DNA of 64,000 nt from Alphaproteobacteria bacterium (GTDB lineage: Bacteria; Pseudomonadota; Alphaproteobacteria; UBA828), in contig CBDCQT010000010.1 of assembly GCA_965220745.1 (NCBI GenBank), positions 480,001 through 544,000 of the forward strand. The letters are read 5' to 3'. The position numbers and the translations under genes are program-made. Within the stretch, counting starts at the first letter, position 1. Each line of letters begins with the position of its first letter. Below the pieces are notes generated by a model that saw nothing but the letters and a program-made list of their open reading frames with translations, made no database searches and was not told the DNA's origin. Below, one piece after another: positions 48,031 to 57,794 of the stretch.

Positions 48031-49422
48031 TCAGTCGTCGTAGTACCCCGAATCCTCCATGATGCGACGGCACCGCCTGTCCATCGCCTCCAGGGCGTCT
48101 TCGATATCCTTTTGATCGTTGACGTAATCGGCACCCTCCTCACCGAATGCCGAGACCAGCGGGATGGCTTCCGGCACCAGCATGAGATAGGGCGTTGCAA
48201 CCTGGATCGCCTTCGCCAATCCCTTGAAGAAGTTCCGCTGATCGGCGTACTTGCTGAGAAGCGATACGCGCGATGGCTGACCGCCCGCTTCCACCATGGC
48301 TTCGCCGATGCGCGGATCGGTCATGTCGCCGGAGTTGATCCATTTGATCCACTCCCACGCCGCCTGGTGGTCGGCGCTCCACGGCGGGATGAACTGGCCG
48401 AGCCCGCCAGTCAGAGCCTTGTGGACACCTTCCGGATTGCTGCCGCGCGGCGGAACATCCCAGTGGAACTCCTCCGGGAATTTGCTGTACTCCGGTTTGT
48501 TCAGGACCGCGGTACCCCAGGTGTTCGGACCGAGGAGGGCACTGCCGTTCGCGAACGCCCGGTTCACTTCGTCCTCGGTCGCGTTGCTGGTGACCGGGTG
48601 CGCGTAGGCCTGCAGCCCCTTCATCGCCTTGAGGGCGAGATACCCGGCTTCGGTGTTGAACGTCGGGTTCCAATACCCCTTCTCCATCCGGTCGAACCAC
48701 GAGCCGCCATGGGCTGCCAAGGCTGCCCAGAAGTTGAATCCGAACCAGGCACCGCGCTGTAGCGAAGCGCAGTAGGCGTACACCTCGTTGTCGGGGTCAT
48801 GGACCTCCTTGGCGGCCTCGATCCACTCTTCGAATGTCTCCGGATACGAGATTCCATGCTTGTCGAGAACGTCCTTGCGATACGTCGCCAGAAGGGCATT
48901 GCCATCAGGTGTCAGGCCATAGAGTTCGCCGTCCTGCTCGGGCGGCACGCGATACAGCTTGGAGATCTCCCGCGGCACGTCGTTCAGGTAGTCTTCGAAC
49001 CATGCCGGATCCTGATCGGCGAACGGCTGAAGCGGGGTAAGCGCCTCTTTTACGTACATGCTCGGCCATTGGCCGTAGTCGGTGTAGATCACGTTGAAGG
49101 TGTCGATCTGCGACTCCATCATCACGTTGATCTTCGGGAACGTTTCGCCGATGGGCTCGGCGACGAAGTTGACGTCGATGTTGGGATAGACCTGCTCGAA
49201 CAGCGGAAGGGCCGCCCGCATCGAGCCTTCCCAACGCAGGCCCGACGATGTGTAGACGTTCACCGAACCGGACACGTCGGCGCGCACCTCTCTCGGTTTC
49301 CAGGTCGCGGCAAGTGCCGCCGCAGACGCCACCGCTCCCTGCATCACGTGGCGCCGGGTGATCCTGTAGCGCCGGGTCTCCTCTAGCGTCCGTTTGAGAA
49401 CCTCGTCTGACTTGTCAGCCAT
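48031..49422 (-). CDS. Sugar-type ABC substrate-binding protein, Tat signal (orphan)
   Basis: TRRHVM, YRKDVL..G...PETFEE, AWEWIKW. No permease genes adjacent. Confidence 0.8.
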   Translation of the reverse strand: MADKSDEVLKRTLEETRRYRITRRHVMQGAVASAAALAATWKPREVRADVSGSVNVYTSSGLRWEGSMRAALPLFEQVYPNIDVNFVAEPIGETFPKINVMMESQIDTFNVIYTDYGQWPSMYVKEALTPLQPFADQDPAWFEDYLNDVPREISKLYRVPPEQDGELYGLTPDGNALLATYRKDVLDKHGISYPETFEEWIEAAKEVHDPDNEVYAYCASLQRGAWFGFNFWAALAAHGGSWFDRMEKGYWNPTFNTEAGYLALKAMKGLQAYAHPVTSNATEDEVNRAFANGSALLGPNTWGTAVLNKPEYSKFPEEFHWDVPPRGSNPEGVHKALTGGLGQFIPPWSADHQAAWEWIKWINSGDMTDPRIGEAMVEAGGQPSRVSLLSKYADQRNFFKGLAKAIQVATPYLMLVPEAIPLVSAFGEEGADYVNDQKDIEDALEAMDRRCRRIMEDSGYYDD

Positions 49423-49594
49423 GTCTCCTCTCCTTGGGGCGGTTGTGGTTCGTTTTTGGCCCACATTAAGACTAAGCGCACTAGCCCAAGGAAGCGTAAG
49501 TGCACCGAACAGAAAGCGTCAAGTCGCGCATCAGACGCTGAATCTTCTCGTGGTTCACGATCCAGCCGCGATGCCTGAGCGCCGCCTGTATGCG

Positions 49595-49799
49595 GCGCCT
49601 CGTCGTTCTCGAGGTGGGTCTTGAACGTCACCGGGTTCGCGGTCTCCCGGCGCGCGACCATCTGCGCGACGGCGGCATAGATGCCGCGATGGACCGGCAA
49701 GATGTAGTGTTCCGTTTCCAGGAAGTTGGCAACCGGATGGATGGCTTCGTCGTTGACGAGAGGCGCCTGCTCAGCCGCCAGGTCGTTCGGCGGCAGACG
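49595..49799 (-). pseudogene. dnaB: Fragment of replicative helicase DnaB N-terminus
   Basis: RLPPNDLAAEQA-LVNDEAIHPVANFLETEHYILPVHRGIY...ANPVTFK. No start, short deletion, truncated. Confidence 0.65.
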
Positions 49800-49831
49800 T
49801 TAGCGGCCGGCGCGATGTGGGACGGAATTCC

Positions 49832-50404
49832 TCAGCGAAGAATGTGCCAGTGGCCGCCCCTGCCCCGGCAGGCAACGACCGGCCGTGCACCGTGTTCGAG
49901 GACGCGACAATCCCGATGCGTGTTGTGGCCGTACACGGGGCGGTGGTGGTGGCGGTTCCGATCGCGCGGTCTCGGTTGCACCAGGACCGGGGGGTGCGCG
50001 TGGGGCCGCTTCCATCCGCGGTGATAGCCGTGGTGGTGGTGGCCATGACGGTGCCGCCGGGGATGCACGTACCAGTGCTGCCGATGGCCCCTGCGGTCGT
50101 GCCACCAGCGCTGATGATGCATCGGGCGCTGATACACCCATGAATGCTGACGATGACCCACGCGGTGATCAAAGTACAGGCCGCCCGACACCGTGCTGGT
50201 GCCGACCCTGGTCACGTGGCCGGGCTCTTGGTCCATCGCCAAGCCGATCAAGCCGCCGATGACAGCACCCATCAGCGCGGCATCCCACACATGCGTGTGG
50301 TCGGCCCGGGCGGACGTCGACGCCATGGTGGAGGCGAGCGCGATGGCAGCCGCGAACGTGATCCCGCCGACAATGCCGTGTCTCCAGCTTCGCTTCATCA
50401 TCAT
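49832..50404 (-). CDS. Secreted His/Arg-rich protein with glycine-zipper-like segment
   Basis: Signal peptide ending ARA, GAVIGGLIG, low-complexity H/R/W tail. Confidence 0.6.
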   Translation of the reverse strand: MMMKRSWRHGIVGGITFAAAIALASTMASTSARADHTHVWDAALMGAVIGGLIGLAMDQEPGHVTRVGTSTVSGGLYFDHRVGHRQHSWVYQRPMHHQRWWHDRRGHRQHWYVHPRRHRHGHHHHGYHRGWKRPHAHPPVLVQPRPRDRNRHHHRPVYGHNTHRDCRVLEHGARPVVACRGRGGHWHILR

Positions 50405-50583
50405 TCTCCGCTCTCAAGCGTCGGCTTGTCTCAAGCGCTGGCAACCTCATCCATCGAGAATATTAGGCGAGTCGCCAACCCTATCGTCCGGTGAGCGGAG
50501 TTTTCGATCAACCAATAAGCGACATCTGCGCGGTAAAGAATTGTAAAGAAATGTGTCTCCGGACGGAACGCCTGCGGGCCAAG

Positions 50584-51348
50584 TCAGCGGTTCCACCAGG
50601 GCGTGTCGGAGAACGGCCGCAGATCGATCTCGTGGGTCCACGCGGAGCGGTGCTGCTGGGCAAGCTGGAAGTAGGTGTCGGCGATCTCGGCGGGCAGCAG
50701 CAGGCCGTCCTGCTCCAGTCCGCGCTCTTCTCGAAGCTTCTGGAACGCCTCCTCGCCGAGCATCCTGCCCAGGGTATCGGGCGCATCGACCATGCCGTCG
50801 ATGATGATGTGCGCGACGTGAATGCCCTTGGGGCTGAACTCCGCATTGAGACTCTGGCACAGCATGCGCCGCCCGCCCATGGCGGCCGCATGGGAGTGCT
50901 GGCCCTTGTTGCCGCGCATCGCTGCGGTCGACGAGGTGACGAGGATGGTGCCGCTGCCGCGCTGCTCCATCAGCGGACAGACGGCGGACGCCAACCGAAA
51001 CAGGCCGAAGGTCCCCAGCCGCCAGCCCAGCTCGAAGACCTTGTAGCTGGTCTCCGCCAGCGACCGATCGCCGATCTGTGCGCCCAGGTTGTAGACCGCC
51101 ACCTCGATCGGGCCGATGTCCGCTTCGACCGCGGCGATCCGGTCCTCAATGGTCTCGGGGGCCACGGCGTTGAGCAGGAAGCCGGATGCGGCACCGCCAT
51201 CCTCGGCAATGCGGGCGACCGAGCGGCTCAGCCCTTCTTCGTCCGACCGCCGGCAGAGCACCGCATGGTAGCCCGCGCGGGTGAAGCGGCTTCCCACATG
51301 GCTGCCGATGCCCGCGCCGGCACCGATGACAAGACAGACACGTTGCAT
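50584..51348 (-). CDS. Short-chain dehydrogenase/reductase
   Basis: GAGAGIG, VYNLG, HVAHIIIDG, WTHEIDLRP. Confidence 0.88.
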   Translation of the reverse strand: MQRVCLVIGAGAGIGSHVGSRFTRAGYHAVLCRRSDEEGLSRSVARIAEDGGAASGFLLNAVAPETIEDRIAAVEADIGPIEVAVYNLGAQIGDRSLAETSYKVFELGWRLGTFGLFRLASAVCPLMEQRGSGTILVTSSTAAMRGNKGQHSHAAAMGGRRMLCQSLNAEFSPKGIHVAHIIIDGMVDAPDTLGRMLGEEAFQKLREERGLEQDGLLLPAEIADTYFQLAQQHRSAWTHEIDLRPFSDTPWWNR

Positions 51349-51446
51349 CGATTCCTTGCTCCATGAGGTTGGTCGGCTGGCGAAGCGCCGCCGCACCATT
51401 ACAGTCTATACTCGGACGCGCCAGCCCAACGCATTCGCAGGTTGCC

Positions 51447-53165
51447 ATGTCCGTCGTCCCCGTCGCCCGCGGTCATCACTACGTCGTCAGCACGGGCCAT
51501 GAGCTCGCGACGCTCGCCGCGTTCGAAGCGCTTGAGAACGGCGGCAACGCCATCGACGCGGGCGTCGCCGCGATCCTGACCCTCGGCGTGGTCTACAGCG
51601 ACCAGGTGAGCGTGGCGGGGGTCGCGCCGATGATCGTCCGGCTCGCGGAGACCGGCGAGATCGTCACCATCGCGGGCGTCGGCGGCTGGCCGCAGGCACT
51701 CGACCCCGACGCCTTCATCGCACGCCACGGGGGTGCGATCCCGCTCGGGGTCCGGCGCACAGTGGTGCCGGCCGCTCCCGATGCCTGCCTCCAGGCGCTG
51801 GAGCGCTGGGGCAGGATGACCTTTCGCGACGTGGCGGCGCGCGCGGTGCGCTATGCCCGCGAGGGATTCCCGCGCCACCCGGTCATGCTGGACTACGTGC
51901 GCAAGCACGCCGACGAGTTCCGTAATTGGCCGGAGAACGTCGCGATCTGGATGCCAGGCGGCGAGGTGCCGGCACCGGGCGACCGGCTGGTCCAGGCCGA
52001 TCTCGGCCGCACGCTGCAGTTCCTTTGCGACGAGGAACGTGCGGCCGGCAACGATCGCATGGCGGGCCTCGCGGCGGTGCGGCGCGCGTTCTACCAGGGC
52101 GACATCGCGAGCCAGATCCTCGCGCACCAGCGGGAGCACGACGGGCTGCTCGCGGCGGAGGATCTGGAGGAGTTCCGCTGCCAGATCGTGCCTTCGGTCT
52201 CGCGGCGCTTCCGCTTCAACGGCGAGGAGGTCGAGGTGCATACCTGCGACGCCTGGTGCCAGGGGCCGTTCCTGCTGGAAGCGCTCGCCATCGCCGAGGC
52301 GGCGGGCGGCGGGACGCTGGAGCACGGCTCGGACGCGTACCTCCATGCGGTCGCGGAGAGCCTGAAGCTCACCTTCGCCGACCGGGAGGCCTATCTCGGC
52401 GACCCGGACTTCGTGGACGTCCCGCTCGATGCGCTCATCGGCTCCGCCTACGCGGCCGAGCGGAGCAAGGCGATCGATCCCGACAAGGCGGCGCCGAGCA
52501 TGCCGCGCCCCGGCCGGATTCCCGGCTACGAGCCATACGCTGCGCCGGCTGCCGCGTGCGGCGCGCCAACCGGGCCCTCGCCCGACACGTCGATCGTCTG
52601 CGTCATCGACGGCGAGGGGAACGCGCTCTGCTCGACACCGTCCGACACGAGCTGGGATACGCCTGTGGTGCCGGGAACCGGGCTCGCGGTGTCCTCGCGG
52701 GGCGCGCAATCGTGGGCCGTGCGGGGCCATCCCTCCTGCATCGCGCCGGGCAAGCGGCCGCGACTCACCCCCAATCCCTGCTTCGCGTTCTCGCCCGGCC
52801 GCTGGATCATGCCGTTCGGAACGCCGGGCGGCGACACGCAGATCCAGGCCAACCTGCAAACGCTCTTGGGCCATCTGGCCTTCGGCATGGAACTGCAGGA
52901 CGCGGTGGAGGCCCCGCGCCTGGTCACATACAGCCATCCCGATTCCTTCGCGCCCCACGCCGCGCATCCCGGCCGCGTCACCCTGGAAGGGCGCATCGAC
53001 GAAGCCACCAGCGACCGGCTCGCCGCGCGCGGGCACGAGATCGAGCTGCTGGACGACTGGTCGCACTGGACAGGCGGCGTCTGCGCGGTGCGCAAGGACC
53101 TTGAGACGGGCGAGATCGAGGGCGCCGCCGACCCCCGGCGCATGAGCCGCGCGCTGGGCTGGTAG
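51447..53165 (+). CDS. Gamma-glutamyltransferase family Ntn hydrolase
   Basis: GGNAIDAGVA, VVP, DTS autoprocessing Thr, PGKRPR.T..P, GTPGGD, GAADPR. Confidence 0.88.
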   Translation: MSVVPVARGHHYVVSTGHELATLAAFEALENGGNAIDAGVAAILTLGVVYSDQVSVAGVAPMIVRLAETGEIVTIAGVGGWPQALDPDAFIARHGGAIPLGVRRTVVPAAPDACLQALERWGRMTFRDVAARAVRYAREGFPRHPVMLDYVRKHADEFRNWPENVAIWMPGGEVPAPGDRLVQADLGRTLQFLCDEERAAGNDRMAGLAAVRRAFYQGDIASQILAHQREHDGLLAAEDLEEFRCQIVPSVSRRFRFNGEEVEVHTCDAWCQGPFLLEALAIAEAAGGGTLEHGSDAYLHAVAESLKLTFADREAYLGDPDFVDVPLDALIGSAYAAERSKAIDPDKAAPSMPRPGRIPGYEPYAAPAAACGAPTGPSPDTSIVCVIDGEGNALCSTPSDTSWDTPVVPGTGLAVSSRGAQSWAVRGHPSCIAPGKRPRLTPNPCFAFSPGRWIMPFGTPGGDTQIQANLQTLLGHLAFGMELQDAVEAPRLVTYSHPDSFAPHAAHPGRVTLEGRIDEATSDRLAARGHEIELLDDWSHWTGGVCAVRKDLETGEIEGAADPRRMSRALGW

Positions 53166-53579
53166 TCAGAGGATCCTCTGGCCCTCCTCGATCGGGAGGT
53201 CGTTGGCGGAGAGATCGAGCACGCTCTGCAACCCGTCGGGGTCGAACTCCCAGTGCTCGTTGCCGAATGTCCGGTACCACTGGCCGGTGTCACGGTGGCG
53301 CCATTCGCTGACGAAGCGCACCGAAATGCGGTTCGCCGTGAAGCTCCAGAGCTCCTTCCTGAGCCTGTAATGCTGCTGGATCGGCCAGCGCGCAAGCAGG
53401 AACGGCACGATGTTCTCCCGCCCTTCGACGAACGCGTCGCGATAGCGCCAGCGCGTGTCCGGCGTGCAGGTGAGCGGGATTTCGTCGGCGACCCCGCGGT
53501 TCCAGGCGTCCTCGAAGGCCTGGACGACGGCGCGGGCGGCGGCCTCGCCAAAGGGCGGCGCGATGGGGCCGGCGCTCAC
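53166..53579 (-). CDS. NTF2/SnoaL-like protein (DUF1348)
   Basis: EDAWN, YRLRKELW, RISVRF..EW, QWYR..GNE.WEFD. Confidence 0.8.
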   Translation of the reverse strand: MSAGPIAPPFGEAAARAVVQAFEDAWNRGVADEIPLTCTPDTRWRYRDAFVEGRENIVPFLLARWPIQQHYRLRKELWSFTANRISVRFVSEWRHRDTGQWYRTFGNEHWEFDPDGLQSVLDLSANDLPIEEGQRIL

Positions 53580-53600
53580 AGCGGTCTCTCCGTCCGGCGC

Positions 53601-53933
53601 CTATTCGGTCGGCAGCCGGAAGCCCATGTCGCGCTTGCCGCTCACGTCGTAGATCTCCGCCGAGTAATGGGTGATGTCGCCGCGGATGTTGGCCGCGCTG
53701 AGCGCCGCAACCAGCGTGTCCATGTAGGGATGGGTGAAGTGCGCATCGAGCGCCGCCTGATCGTCCCAGACCTCGAAGATGATGGCCCGGTTGGGCGCGG
53801 TGACATCGATGGCCCAGTCGTAGATCTGGGCGCCGGGCTCCTTGCGCGAGTTCTCGATGGCATCGACGACCGCGGCCTTGATGCGGTCGAACCCGCCAGG
53901 CACGAACTCGAAAACGACGGCGACGATCAGCAT
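53601..53933 (-). CDS. Putative quinol monooxygenase (ABM family)
   Basis: SRKEPG..Y, E.W.D.AAL.AH. Confidence 0.8.
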   Translation of the reverse strand: MLIVAVVFEFVPGGFDRIKAAVVDAIENSRKEPGAQIYDWAIDVTAPNRAIIFEVWDDQAALDAHFTHPYMDTLVAALSAANIRGDITHYSAEIYDVSGKRDMGFRLPTE

Positions 53934-54042
53934 GGAGTGCTCTCCCTCAACTCTGTTTCGTCGGTCATTGTCGCACATCCATGAGCGAGCCGTCCGTCGG
54001 CCTTGCGTCGCGGGCGCGGGCGGCGCAGATATCCGGCCAGCC

Positions 54043-55920
54043 ATGCTGACCCTGCAGAACATCGCCTACCGGGTCGAGGGACGCCTGCTCTTCGAGGGCG
54101 TGACCGCGCAGATCGGCGCCCGTCAGAGGCTCGGGCTGGTGGGGCGTAACGGCTGCGGCAAGACGACCCTTCTCCGCCTCGTCGCGCGCCGGCTCGAGCC
54201 CGACGAGGGCACGATCCTGCGCACGCGCGGGCTTTCCGTCCGGCTGGTCGATCAGGAGGTGCCGGGCGGGCCGGAGACGCCGCGCGCCGCCGTGCTCGCA
54301 GCGCACGAGGAACGCGCGACCCTGATCGCTGAGACGGAGAGCGCCGAGGGCGCGCGCCGCGCCGAGATCGAGGCCCGGCTCGCGGAGATCGGCGCGCACG
54401 CGGCCCCGGCGCGGGCTGCCCGCCTGCTCGCCGGCCTCGGCATCGACGAGGCGATGCAACAGGTGCCGCTCGCGGATCTCTCCGGCGGCTGGCGCATGCG
54501 GGTCGCGCTCGCCGCCGCGCTCTTCGTTGAGCCCGACCTGCTGCTGCTGGACGAGCCGACCAACCACCTCGATCTCGAGGCGGCCGCGTGGCTGGAGGCC
54601 CACCTGAAGCGCTACCCGCGTGCGCTGGTCGTGGTAAGCCATGACCGCACCCTGCTCGATGCGGTGCCCGACGGGATCCTCCACATGGCGGGCGGGGGGC
54701 TGACCCACTACCCCGGCAACTATACGCGCTTCGCGAAGACCTATGCCGAGTCCCTCGCCACGGCGCGCGCCCAGCAGGCCCGTATCGACGCCAAGCGGCG
54801 CCACCTCCAGGGCTTCGTCGACCGCTTTCGCTACAAGGCGAGCAAGGCGCGGCAGGCGCAAAGTCGCCTCAAGGCCCTCGCGAAGCTCGCCGACGTGCCG
54901 ATGGTGATCGACGAGCGGACGCCGGACCTGACCTTCCCCGAGCCCACAGCGCTGGCGCCGCCGCTGATGAGCCTCGCGGGCGTGGCGGTCGGCTACGAGC
55001 CGAGCCGTCCCGTGCTGCGCGGGGTCAGCCTGCGCATCGACCCCGACGAGCGGGTGGCGCTGCTCGGCGCGAACGGCAACGGCAAGTCCACCTTCGCCAA
55101 GCTGCTGGCCGACATGCTTGCGCCGGAGCGGGGCACGGTGACGCGGGCGCCGAGCCTCGCGGTCGGCTACTTCGCGCAGCACCAGATCGACACGCTGGAG
55201 CCCGAGGGCACGGCGTTCGGCCACCTCGCGCGCCTCATGCCCGACGCCGCGCCCCACCGCGTCCGCGCGCGCCTCGGCGCCTTCGGCTTCGGCGGGGAGA
55301 AGGCGGATGTGGAAGTCGCCGCGCTCTCGGGCGGAGAGAAGGCGCGGCTCAACCTCGCGCTAATCTCGCGCCGCTCGCCGCAGCTGCTGGTGCTGGACGA
55401 GCCGACCAACCATCTCGACATTCAGAGCCGGCACGCGCTGGTGGAAGCGCTGGAGGCTTACGACGGCGCGGTCGTGCTGATCACCCACGACATGCACCTG
55501 GTCCAGCTCGTGGCCGACCGACTGTGGCTGGTGCAAGACGGCACGGTCCAGGCCTACGACGGCGACCTCGCCGACTACCGCGCCGAGATCCTCGGCAGCG
55601 AAGGGAAGCGGGCGGATGGCAACGGCCGCGAGAGCCGCCCGCCGCCCGCGCGCAAGGCCGTGCGTCAGGCCGCGGCCGCAGTCCGCGCCAGGCAGAAACC
55701 CCTCAAGGATGCCGTGGCGGCGGCGGAGCAGCGGATCGCCCAGGCGCAGGAGGCGCAGCGCTCCCTCCAGGCCGCGCTTGCCTCGGCCGCCCAGAAGAAC
55801 GACGCTGCGCGGATCGCCGCCCTGGGCAAGGAGCTGGCGGCGGCGAAGCGGGCCGAGGCGGCGGCCGAGGGCGATTGGCTCGCCGCCGCCGAGGCACTCG
55901 AACGTGCGGAGCCGAGCTAA
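54043..55920 (+). CDS. ABC-F family ATPase (YheS-like)
   Basis: Two NBDs (GRNGCGKTT / GANGNGKST), LSGG, DEPTNHLD twice, RFRYKASKARQAQSR linker. Confidence 0.92.
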   Translation: MLTLQNIAYRVEGRLLFEGVTAQIGARQRLGLVGRNGCGKTTLLRLVARRLEPDEGTILRTRGLSVRLVDQEVPGGPETPRAAVLAAHEERATLIAETESAEGARRAEIEARLAEIGAHAAPARAARLLAGLGIDEAMQQVPLADLSGGWRMRVALAAALFVEPDLLLLDEPTNHLDLEAAAWLEAHLKRYPRALVVVSHDRTLLDAVPDGILHMAGGGLTHYPGNYTRFAKTYAESLATARAQQARIDAKRRHLQGFVDRFRYKASKARQAQSRLKALAKLADVPMVIDERTPDLTFPEPTALAPPLMSLAGVAVGYEPSRPVLRGVSLRIDPDERVALLGANGNGKSTFAKLLADMLAPERGTVTRAPSLAVGYFAQHQIDTLEPEGTAFGHLARLMPDAAPHRVRARLGAFGFGGEKADVEVAALSGGEKARLNLALISRRSPQLLVLDEPTNHLDIQSRHALVEALEAYDGAVVLITHDMHLVQLVADRLWLVQDGTVQAYDGDLADYRAEILGSEGKRADGNGRESRPPPARKAVRQAAAAVRARQKPLKDAVAAAEQRIAQAQEAQRSLQAALASAAQKNDAARIAALGKELAAAKRAEAAAEGDWLAAAEALERAEPS

Positions 55921-57791
55921 GGGGCCGATGCCTCTCCGGCGGCGCGGCGGGCGCGGTTGGCTTGCGCCGCGGCGACGAGGTCGTCCTCGCTCGCGTTAGC
56001 CCAGTAACAGGCGCTGATCCGGCCGTCACCCCGGCTCTCCAGGTCGGGCTCCTCCGTCGTGCAACGCTCAAACGCGAGCGGGCAGCGCGAGCTGAAGCTG
56101 CATCCCGGCGGAATGCCGATGGGGCTCGGCGGCTCGCCCTCCAGCAGGTTTTCCTCGGCGTCGTAGCGGCGCTCCTCGATGGTGGGCACCGCGCTCAGGA
56201 GCGCCTTGGTGTAAGGATGGCCGGGGTTGAAGAAGACCGTGTGGTTGTCGGCGAGCTCGACGATCTTGCCGAGATACATCACCGCGATCCGGGTGCAGGC
56301 GCGTCGCACCATGGCGAGATCGTGGGAGATGAAGATGTAGGTGAAGCCGTGCTCGGCCTGGAGCTTGTCGAAGATCTCCAGCAGGCGCGATTGCTCCACC
56401 TGGTCGAGCGCGGACAGCGTCTCGTCCAGGATCAGCAGGCGAGGCTCCAGCACCAGCGCGCGGGCGAGGTTGATCCGCTGGCGCTGGCCGGCGCTCAGCC
56501 CGATCTGCAGATGGTCGTAGATATCGGCAGGCAGGCCGACCTCGCTCATCACTTCCAGCACGCGGTTCCGCATCGCGCGGCGCCCCATGCCGCCGTGGAT
56601 CAGCAGCGGTTCCAGGATGGTGCGGCCCACTGGCATGTGCGGCGGCATGGCGTTGTAGGGGTCCTGAAGCAGGAGCTGGAAGCGGTGCCGGAGCCCGAGC
56701 AGCCGGCGCCGGTTCATCTTGGCGACGCTCTCGCCCTCGAAGTTGATCGAGCCCTTGTCCGGTGCCTCGATCCAGCTCAGCAGGCGAGACAGCGTCGACT
56801 TGCCGCAGCCGGACTCGCCGACGATGCCGAAATTCTCGCCCGCCTTCACGTTAAATGTGACGCCGCGGACTGCCTCGACGTCGTTGTGGCCGAAGAATCT
56901 GGTCGGGTCGTTAACCCGGTAGGTCTTGTAGACGTCGTCCACCTCCAGCAGCGCGGCCTCGCCCTCGGTCTTGGGCTGGGCGCGCTCCTCCACCGCCCAG
57001 ATGCGCGGGATACGCTCCAGCAGCCGCTTGGAGTAATCGTGCTCGGGTCGGCTGACGATGGCCTCCGGCGTCGAGCGCTCAATGATTCGCCCTTCCTGGA
57101 GGACGATGATGTCGTCCGCGATCTCGCGCACGATAGCGAGCGATGACGAGATGAAGATGATCGCCGTGTCCAGTTGGTCGCGCAGGTCGTGCATCAGGCG
57201 GATGATCTGCGCCGCGACGGTGACGTCGAGCTGCTGGGTGACGTTGTCGGCGATGAGGAAGGTGGGGTTGCTGACCAGCGCATCGACAATCAGCGCGCGT
57301 TGCATCATGCCGCCGGAATACTGGAAGGGGAACTCGTCGAAGCGGCGCTCGGGGCGCGGCATGCGCACCGCGCTCAGCACCTCCAGCGCGCGCTCGCGCG
57401 CGGCCTGCTTGGACATGTCGGGCTGGACCGCGCGCAGCTTTTCAACGATCTGATGGCCGACGGGGATGGTCGGATCCAAGGCGCTGCCGGGGTCTGAGCC
57501 GATATAGCCGATCTCGCGACCGCGCAGCGCCTGCATCTCGGCCGCGGGGATGGTGAGCAGGTCCCGCCCGTGATAGCCGACGCTGCCGGCAGTGATCTCG
57601 AGCGGCTCGGTGATCGCATTGCAGAGCACGCGGCTCAGCACGGTCTTGCCCGAGCCGCTTTCGCCGATGATGCCGAGCACCTGACGCTCGCGCAGCTGGA
57701 AGCTCACGTCGCGCAGGATCGGCTCGCTCACGCCGCGGCGGACGAGGTCGACCGAAATGCCCTGCGCGTCGAGGAGCGGCGGCGCCGACAT
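55917..57791 (-). CDS. Peptide/nickel ABC transporter fused double ATPase
   Basis: GESGSGKT and GESGCGKST, HPYTKALL, GC.FSSRC. Confidence 0.9.
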   Translation of the reverse strand: MSAPPLLDAQGISVDLVRRGVSEPILRDVSFQLRERQVLGIIGESGSGKTVLSRVLCNAITEPLEITAGSVGYHGRDLLTIPAAEMQALRGREIGYIGSDPGSALDPTIPVGHQIVEKLRAVQPDMSKQAARERALEVLSAVRMPRPERRFDEFPFQYSGGMMQRALIVDALVSNPTFLIADNVTQQLDVTVAAQIIRLMHDLRDQLDTAIIFISSSLAIVREIADDIIVLQEGRIIERSTPEAIVSRPEHDYSKRLLERIPRIWAVEERAQPKTEGEAALLEVDDVYKTYRVNDPTRFFGHNDVEAVRGVTFNVKAGENFGIVGESGCGKSTLSRLLSWIEAPDKGSINFEGESVAKMNRRRLLGLRHRFQLLLQDPYNAMPPHMPVGRTILEPLLIHGGMGRRAMRNRVLEVMSEVGLPADIYDHLQIGLSAGQRQRINLARALVLEPRLLILDETLSALDQVEQSRLLEIFDKLQAEHGFTYIFISHDLAMVRRACTRIAVMYLGKIVELADNHTVFFNPGHPYTKALLSAVPTIEERRYDAEENLLEGEPPSPIGIPPGCSFSSRCPLAFERCTTEEPDLESRGDGRISACYWANASEDDLVAAAQANRARRAAGEASAP

Positions 57792-57794
57792 GGG

